From Acidobacteriaceae bacterium (GTDB lineage: Bacteria; Acidobacteriota; Terriglobia; Terriglobales; Acidobacteriaceae): a stretch of 64,000 bases of DNA. The stretch is from assembly GCA_963692885.1 (NCBI GenBank), contig OY843586.1, positions 4,121,061 through 4,185,060 on the forward strand. Reading direction: 5' to 3'. Position numbers and translations under genes: made by a program. How positions within the stretch are numbered: the stretch's first letter is position 1; every line of letters starts with the position of its first letter. The notes beneath the pieces were generated by a model. That model was not told where the DNA came from and did no database searches. It saw only the letters and a list, made by a program, of their open reading frames with translations. This document shows positions 59,321-64,000 of the stretch, one piece after another.

Positions 59321-59340
59321 GTCGAGGCAAGTCGAGGCAA
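59321..59340. repeat. exact 10-bp tandem duplication (GTCGAGGCAA x2) upstream of the MmcQ/YjbR start
   Basis: Read directly from the sequence. In minus-strand sense it is TTGCCTCGAC x2, lying 17 nt upstream of ATG 59303. Confidence 0.8.
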
Positions 59341-59386
59341 TCTGTACAAGCTGATGCGGCCGGCCCTGTGTGCGCGAGACAGCGGA

Positions 59387-59854
59387 TCAGCCCGCAGCCT
59401 GCCCCGTCGCGGCCGGCTGCGACATCGATGCACCGCAGCGACTGCAGAAGCGTACACCGCTCACCGTTGCAGTACCACAGCTCGGGCAAAACAGCGTCGG
59501 CATAGGCAGAGAGGTATAGCCTGCGTTCATGGTCCCGGGAAATGGCTGGCCGCCGGTGATGGTGGCAGCGATGTAGGCAGACAGTTCAGCGTTGAACTGA
59601 CGCACGCGACCAGGCATGAAGAACGCTTCAATGAAGGCGATGAGAAATGGAATGCCTGTAACCGAAAAGATGGCGTAAAGAACGCCGAGGCCAATGCGGC
59701 GAAGATAAAAATGATGCGCGCCGAAGCCGCCCAGAAAAATGGCAAGCAGGACGCCAACTGTCTCGCTCTTGGCCGACACCTGGTAACTCGCGAAGTAGGC
59801 CGCTCGCTGCTGGTCGTCCATCGGCGGCAGGTTCAGAACAAATGGCTGTGTCAT
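59387..59854 (-). CDS. TM2 domain protein with C-terminal zinc ribbon
   Basis: ATG 59854 is preceded by GGAG. A TM2-like segment LAIFLGGFGAHHFYL and CPSCG...CSRCG are present. Confidence 0.75.
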   Translation of the reverse strand: MTQPFVLNLPPMDDQQRAAYFASYQVSAKSETVGVLLAIFLGGFGAHHFYLRRIGLGVLYAIFSVTGIPFLIAFIEAFFMPGRVRQFNAELSAYIAATITGGQPFPGTMNAGYTSLPMPTLFCPSCGTATVSGVRFCSRCGASMSQPAATGQAAG

Positions 59855-59949
59855 CGCTGATTCTCCGGCCCCTCGATGGGGTCTTCTACTGGATGTGTAT
59901 ACGTGTAGCCGCGCATGCCGGTTCCAGCAACTGCATCGCACGTCATCGT

Positions 59950-60609
59950 CTAGGCAAGCTGCTGCAGCAGGTTCTCGACTTTCACGTTGAGATCTTCTAC
60001 CTGCTGCCGCAGAGTGGCAACCGTTTGTTCGAGCTGGGCAACCTGATCTTTCAAAACAGCCGTGTCAGAGGATTGTTTTGGCGCCCATGCTGGACTCGGC
60101 TGCATTTCCGGCGCAACCGGCTCCCCGCTGAGCAGGTGCGCGTAGCGGATCTCCTTGGTGCCTGGCAGCCGGGGTAAAGGGGCCACAAGCGCGGGCTGCC
60201 GTTCCATCATTTTCTGCAGCGTCGATTGCACATCCGCGATCTCGTCCATTGCATGCAATCGCTCTGTGCGGCCCCGCAACTCTCCCGGTGTCTGCGGACC
60301 GCGCAGCAGCAGTTCGCAGAGAATGGCTTCTTCGCGCCGCCCCAGGTTCAACACTTCGGGCAGACGATGTTCATACTTCGTCGCGCGCGAATCACGCAGA
60401 AAAGCCACAAACCCCTTGTGGCCGAGCGCGCTGCCGGCATTGCGTACTGCCTCTTCGTCGAGCACCATCACGGGCTCGCGGTTGGATTTCTGATTGCAGG
60501 CGTTTACCAGCGCATTGAGCGAGAGGGGATAGTATTCGGGCGTCGTGATGCTCTTCTCGAGCAACGCGCCGAGGACACGGGTTTCTACTGCATCGAGAAT
60601 GGGAAGCAT
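59950..60609 (-). CDS. YceH/DUF480 family protein
   Basis: ETRVLGALLEKSITTPEYYPLSLNALVNACNQKSNREPVM is characteristic of DUF480. A C-terminal coiled coil follows. Confidence 0.85.
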   Translation of the reverse strand: MLPILDAVETRVLGALLEKSITTPEYYPLSLNALVNACNQKSNREPVMVLDEEAVRNAGSALGHKGFVAFLRDSRATKYEHRLPEVLNLGRREEAILCELLLRGPQTPGELRGRTERLHAMDEIADVQSTLQKMMERQPALVAPLPRLPGTKEIRYAHLLSGEPVAPEMQPSPAWAPKQSSDTAVLKDQVAQLEQTVATLRQQVEDLNVKVENLLQQLA

Positions 60610-60732
60610 GGGTGCAATCCAGGAAAGAAGAATCGAGACATTTTCATCATAGAAGAACGCTGCTGGCGAGCTCTCACCACCCAGCTCTCACGTAGAGCCT
60701 TCCAACCGCTTCGCGTACCTGCGCAAAAGGGA

Positions 60733-61941
60733 TCAGACAGCGGCAGAGTCAAGCAGTTTCCGGTCAGACAACGCTGGCTTATCCACCCACAATCGGTCGC
60801 GCAGTCGCATCCATGGTCGTTCGACGCAGACATAGAGCATAGTTGCTGCCACGAAACATGTCGTCGCGTACAGGCACAACGAGACGAAGCCGCGTTCCGC
60901 TGTCAGCGCGGGCAAAAGGAGCCGATCGAGATGCACCGCTTCTTTGTGCGTCAGGTAGAGTCCAAATGCCAGGGTTGCAACGAGTTCAGCCCCGGGAACG
61001 CGAAAGCGGCCCGGCAGTCCATTGTGGCTGACACTTGAAAGCAGCAGCAGGCCAAAGCCCGCGGACAGGACTGGAAAGCCGATGACCGTTCCCCATGCCG
61101 AGACACCCGCGGCGGAGGTGAAGCGATCCTGAAAAAGCCAGATCGCGATGCCGACGAGCATCACTCCGCCGAGCAGCGCTGCATGACCGCGCGCTGCTAG
61201 AGCTGTCCACCAGCGGGGCCGAAAGGTCTTGATCAACGCCAGGCTTACGCCCACCAGCAATCCATCGAGCCGTGTGTACGTTGGATAGTAGATCTGCTCA
61301 AGGTAGGGCAGCCATAGGTTGCCGTCGGTTTGAGCCATTGGTCGCAGAACATGGAAGAGCACATAGGTGCGCACCACCATGCCTGCAGCCGCCACGATCG
61401 CCACCAGGGTCACTGTTTTGCCGATAGAGGGCCGTTTCATCAACAGCAGCACCAGGAGGGGCAGCACCAGGTAAAAATGCTCTTCCACGCATAGCGACCA
61501 AGCGAACGAGAAGGCCTGGTGGACGGAGTAATCGATGAAGAAGTTCTGCGTGAATGTCAGAAACATCCAGGGCGGCGAAATGCCAGGCGACTCGCGCCAC
61601 GCGGGAACTGTGAAGTACAGCAGTACAACGACCAGGTACGCGGGCAGGATGCGAAAGGTCCGGCGCCGGTAGAAAGCAGTCAGCGAGAGTTTCTCGCCGC
61701 GCGCATAAGGCTTGAGAAGCTGCGCGCCAATGAGGAAGCCGCTCAGGACAAAGAAGATATCGACACCCATCCAGCCGACTTTGCCGACCGGACCAAGAAA
61801 TTGAGGCAGGTACATCTGCAGGTGGAAGACCATGACAACCAGGATGGCCATCGCGCGCAGTGTGTCCAATCCATGCAGACGGGCACCGGGGTAGAGCGAT
61901 CGAGATGAATTATCCAGGCTTGCGAGGGATCCCATTGACAC
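60733..61941 (-). CDS. acyltransferase family 3 membrane protein (second copy in the window)
   Basis: LHGLDTLRAMAILVVMVFH signature and about 10 TM helices. The start is GTG 61941 or ATG 61935. Confidence 0.85.
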   Translation of the reverse strand: MSMGSLASLDNSSRSLYPGARLHGLDTLRAMAILVVMVFHLQMYLPQFLGPVGKVGWMGVDIFFVLSGFLIGAQLLKPYARGEKLSLTAFYRRRTFRILPAYLVVVLLYFTVPAWRESPGISPPWMFLTFTQNFFIDYSVHQAFSFAWSLCVEEHFYLVLPLLVLLLMKRPSIGKTVTLVAIVAAAGMVVRTYVLFHVLRPMAQTDGNLWLPYLEQIYYPTYTRLDGLLVGVSLALIKTFRPRWWTALAARGHAALLGGVMLVGIAIWLFQDRFTSAAGVSAWGTVIGFPVLSAGFGLLLLSSVSHNGLPGRFRVPGAELVATLAFGLYLTHKEAVHLDRLLLPALTAERGFVSLCLYATTCFVAATMLYVCVERPWMRLRDRLWVDKPALSDRKLLDSAAV

Positions 61942-62020
61942 TCAGGATAGCCGCGAAAAGCCCTCCCGCTGATGGACAACTGGAGTCCTCGCAGTCTTTT
62001 TACGCATCCTAAACAGTGTT

Positions 62021-62902
62021 ATGACGACAACAACTATCAGCGCAAAAGCAAGCGGTACGTTCAGCATTGGCGGCGATCTTCAAGTAAACCGTCTTGGATA
62101 TGGCGCGATGCGCATCACAGGCGAAGGCATATGGGGACCGCCGAAGAGCAAGGATGACGCGCTTAAGGTACTAAAACACCTGCTCGACCTCGGCGTGAAC
62201 TTCATCGATACCGCCGATTCGTACGGCCCCTATGTCAGCGAAGAATTGATTGCCGAAGCCCTTCACCCCTATGCGAAGGACCTCGTGATCGCGACCAAGG
62301 GCGGCCTCGTCCGCACCGGTCCAAACCAGTGGCTCCCGGTAGGCAGGCCGGAGTACCTGCAGCAGGAAGTCGAGATGTCGTTGCGCCGGCTGAAGCTGGA
62401 GCGCATTGACCTGTGGCAGCTGCACCGCATTGACGCGAAGGTTCCGGTGGAGGAGTCGCTGGGTGTCATCAAGAAGCTGCAGGAGCAGGGCAAGATCCGT
62501 CATGTTGGTCTCTCCGAAGTGAAGCCGAAGGAGATTGAACAGGCCCGCAAAGTGATCGACATCGTCAGTGTTCAGAATCAGTACAACATCGGCGACCGTC
62601 AGCATGAGGACACGTTGAAGTATTGCGAAGAGAACAAACTTGCCTTCATTCCATGGTTCCCTGTGGCTGCCGGCAAGCTGGCGCGCCCGGGTGGTCCACT
62701 CGACGCCGTCGCGAAGAAGCATGATGCCAGCGTTTCGCAGCTCTCCCTCGCATGGCTGCTGCATCGTTCGCCGGTCATGCTGCCCATACCCGGGACATCT
62801 TCGCTGAAGCACCTGGAAGAAAACGTTGCAGCCTCTGACGTGAAACTGGACGCAGCCGAATGGAAGACAATCGAAGACGAGGCCGCGAAGACCGGCAAAT
62901 AA
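62021..62902 (+). CDS. aldo/keto reductase
   Basis: LGYGAMRITG, DTADSYG and IPGTSSLKHLEEN motifs. Confidence 0.92.
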   Translation: MTTTTISAKASGTFSIGGDLQVNRLGYGAMRITGEGIWGPPKSKDDALKVLKHLLDLGVNFIDTADSYGPYVSEELIAEALHPYAKDLVIATKGGLVRTGPNQWLPVGRPEYLQQEVEMSLRRLKLERIDLWQLHRIDAKVPVEESLGVIKKLQEQGKIRHVGLSEVKPKEIEQARKVIDIVSVQNQYNIGDRQHEDTLKYCEENKLAFIPWFPVAAGKLARPGGPLDAVAKKHDASVSQLSLAWLLHRSPVMLPIPGTSSLKHLEENVAASDVKLDAAEWKTIEDEAAKTGK

Positions 62903-62922
62903 TTTGTTTACAGAAGCAGCAA

Positions 62923-62958
62923 AGCCCGGCAGAGATCATGCCGGGCTATTTGTTGTTT
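62923..62958 (+). terminator. rho-independent terminator of the aldo/keto reductase gene
   Basis: AGCCCGGCA-GAGATCA-TGCCGGGCT followed by ATTTGTTGTTTG. Confidence 0.75.
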
Positions 62959-63151
62959 GAAGTAACTGGGCTACCAGGCGCACCACCAGATTCTCAGACA
63001 GCTGAGTCACAGGCATTGCGCACAATGCGCGAGCCCGCCTACAATCCAGTCACTTTCGACGTTTGTCTACTTGATCCGCCAGCCAGGCAGATGGTTGTTT
63101 CGGAACAAAGGCAGGCTGATGAATCAATGCCAGGTCCTCGGCAAGCTTTCT

Positions 63152-63197
63152 CTCAAAAACGGAAAAAGCCCGGCATGTCGCCCGGGCCTTTTCCGTT
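63152..63197 (-). terminator. rho-independent terminator of the second XRE-cupin gene
   Basis: In minus-strand sense, the GCCCGG/CCGGGC core extends through AACGGAAAA/TTTTCCGTT and is followed by a T-rich run. Confidence 0.7.
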
Positions 63198-63215
63198 CAG
63201 TTGTTCGCCGTATCG

Positions 63216-63992
63216 TCAGGAGGCTTTCGCTTCGCGCTGGGACCTGCCTGCCGGTTCACTGCCGGTGTCCGCCTGCTGCTGGGCCTTGGCAAAATCGGCA
63301 ATCAGGGCACTGCGCAGCTTTCCTCGCGCAGGAAGCTCAGCGCCTTCTGTGCGGAGCGGCTGGCTATGCTTTGACGTGATGATCAGTGCCTTGGCCGGGC
63401 CATCAACGGAACAGCAGATAGTGCGGGCCGTGCGAGCGTCCAGGTAAGCCGCGTCGCCGTCTTCCAGAACGTGCAGTGTCTCGCCATACTGCACCTCCAG
63501 CGTACCGCCCATCACAATGATGATCTCCGAACCGACAAACACCTGCGGCCGGAACTTGTCTTCGCGGCTGGCTGGCAAAAACTCTGCCAGGCATGGCCGC
63601 AAACCGTCATTCGGGACGAGGATGCCGAAGCTTTCGGCAATGTGTGTCGGCGTGTCCCGCTCGCCCTGCGGCAGACGCGCACGGTTCTGGTGCCGCGAAA
63701 TGCGGAAGAGGGCGTCTGAATCAGCCTGGAAGAAATAGGACAAATCCTTGCCGAAGATCATGGAGATGCGCGCCAGGTTGCGCAGGGTCGGAACCACTCG
63801 ACCAGTCTCCAGTTGCGAAAGAAAACTCGCAGAGAGACCAGTCTGCTTACCGAGTTCGACCAGACCCATCGACTTGCGTAGACGCAGACGCTTGATGCGT
63901 GCACCAATCTTCGTGTCTTCGATCAGGTGTTCAACGACGTCCGGGTCAACAGGAATCGGCGTTGCTATCGGGTTTTTCTGTTCATCAGCCAT
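63216..63992 (-). CDS. XRE-family HTH regulator with cupin domain (paralog of 33273..34073)
   Basis: IGARIKRLRLRKSMGLVELGKQTGLSASFLSQLETGRVVPTLRNLARISMIFGKDLSYFF is nearly identical to the first copy across the HTH region. A cupin-like C-terminal half follows. Confidence 0.88.
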   Translation of the reverse strand: MADEQKNPIATPIPVDPDVVEHLIEDTKIGARIKRLRLRKSMGLVELGKQTGLSASFLSQLETGRVVPTLRNLARISMIFGKDLSYFFQADSDALFRISRHQNRARLPQGERDTPTHIAESFGILVPNDGLRPCLAEFLPASREDKFRPQVFVGSEIIIVMGGTLEVQYGETLHVLEDGDAAYLDARTARTICCSVDGPAKALIITSKHSQPLRTEGAELPARGKLRSALIADFAKAQQQADTGSEPAGRSQREAKAS

Positions 63993-64000
63993 GCGAATGG

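Overview
This is a moderately GC-rich, densely coding bacterial chromosomal segment with about 60 protein genes. The gene content (secreted sedolisin and DPP-IV peptidases, a GT-C glycosyltransferase, many small conserved hypotheticals) and a short intergenic repeat I associate with soil bacteria suggest Acidobacteriota, but that is inference only.

Most of the window is housekeeping or metabolic:
- **DNA and translation:** adenosine deaminase (partial), PcrA/UvrD helicase, prmC, prfA, ATP-dependent DNA ligase.
- **Stress and proteolysis:** an hsp20-clpB heat-shock pair, hslVU, exported msrB-msrA, sodC.
- **Metabolism:** a GMC oxidoreductase pair, Zn-alcohol dehydrogenase, transaldolase, nagA, hmgA-fahA (homogentisate pathway), aldehyde dehydrogenase, aldo/keto reductase.
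- **Transport:** an APC permease and a CDF metal exporter.
- **Envelope:** a co-directional array of acyltransferase_3, small ORF, GT-C glycosyltransferase, FAD oxidoreductase, TauE/SafE and DUF1634.
- **Regulation:** two paralogous XRE-cupin regulators.

I recognised no rRNA, tRNA, CRISPR array, transposase, integrase or phage genes, and I did not find a convincing new multi-gene system.

The most unusual observations are small-scale:
- An SD-sequestering nested inverted repeat lies in front of a zinc-ribbon gene.
- The hslV-hslU pair is split by a 194-nt spacer with a perfect 16-bp hairpin, and HslV carries a 39-aa N-terminal extension.
- The helicase contains an acidic repeat-bearing insertion.
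- Two small genes are frameshifted at homopolymer runs, one inside a 30-bp perfect palindrome.
- The permease has a conserved N-terminus that lacks an ATG/GTG/TTG start.
- An orphan intrinsic terminator lies in a divergent intergenic region.
- The translation-initiation region upstream of a FAH-family gene is duplicated, creating a start-stop mini-ORF.

All product calls come from motif and family recognition by eye. No database search was run.
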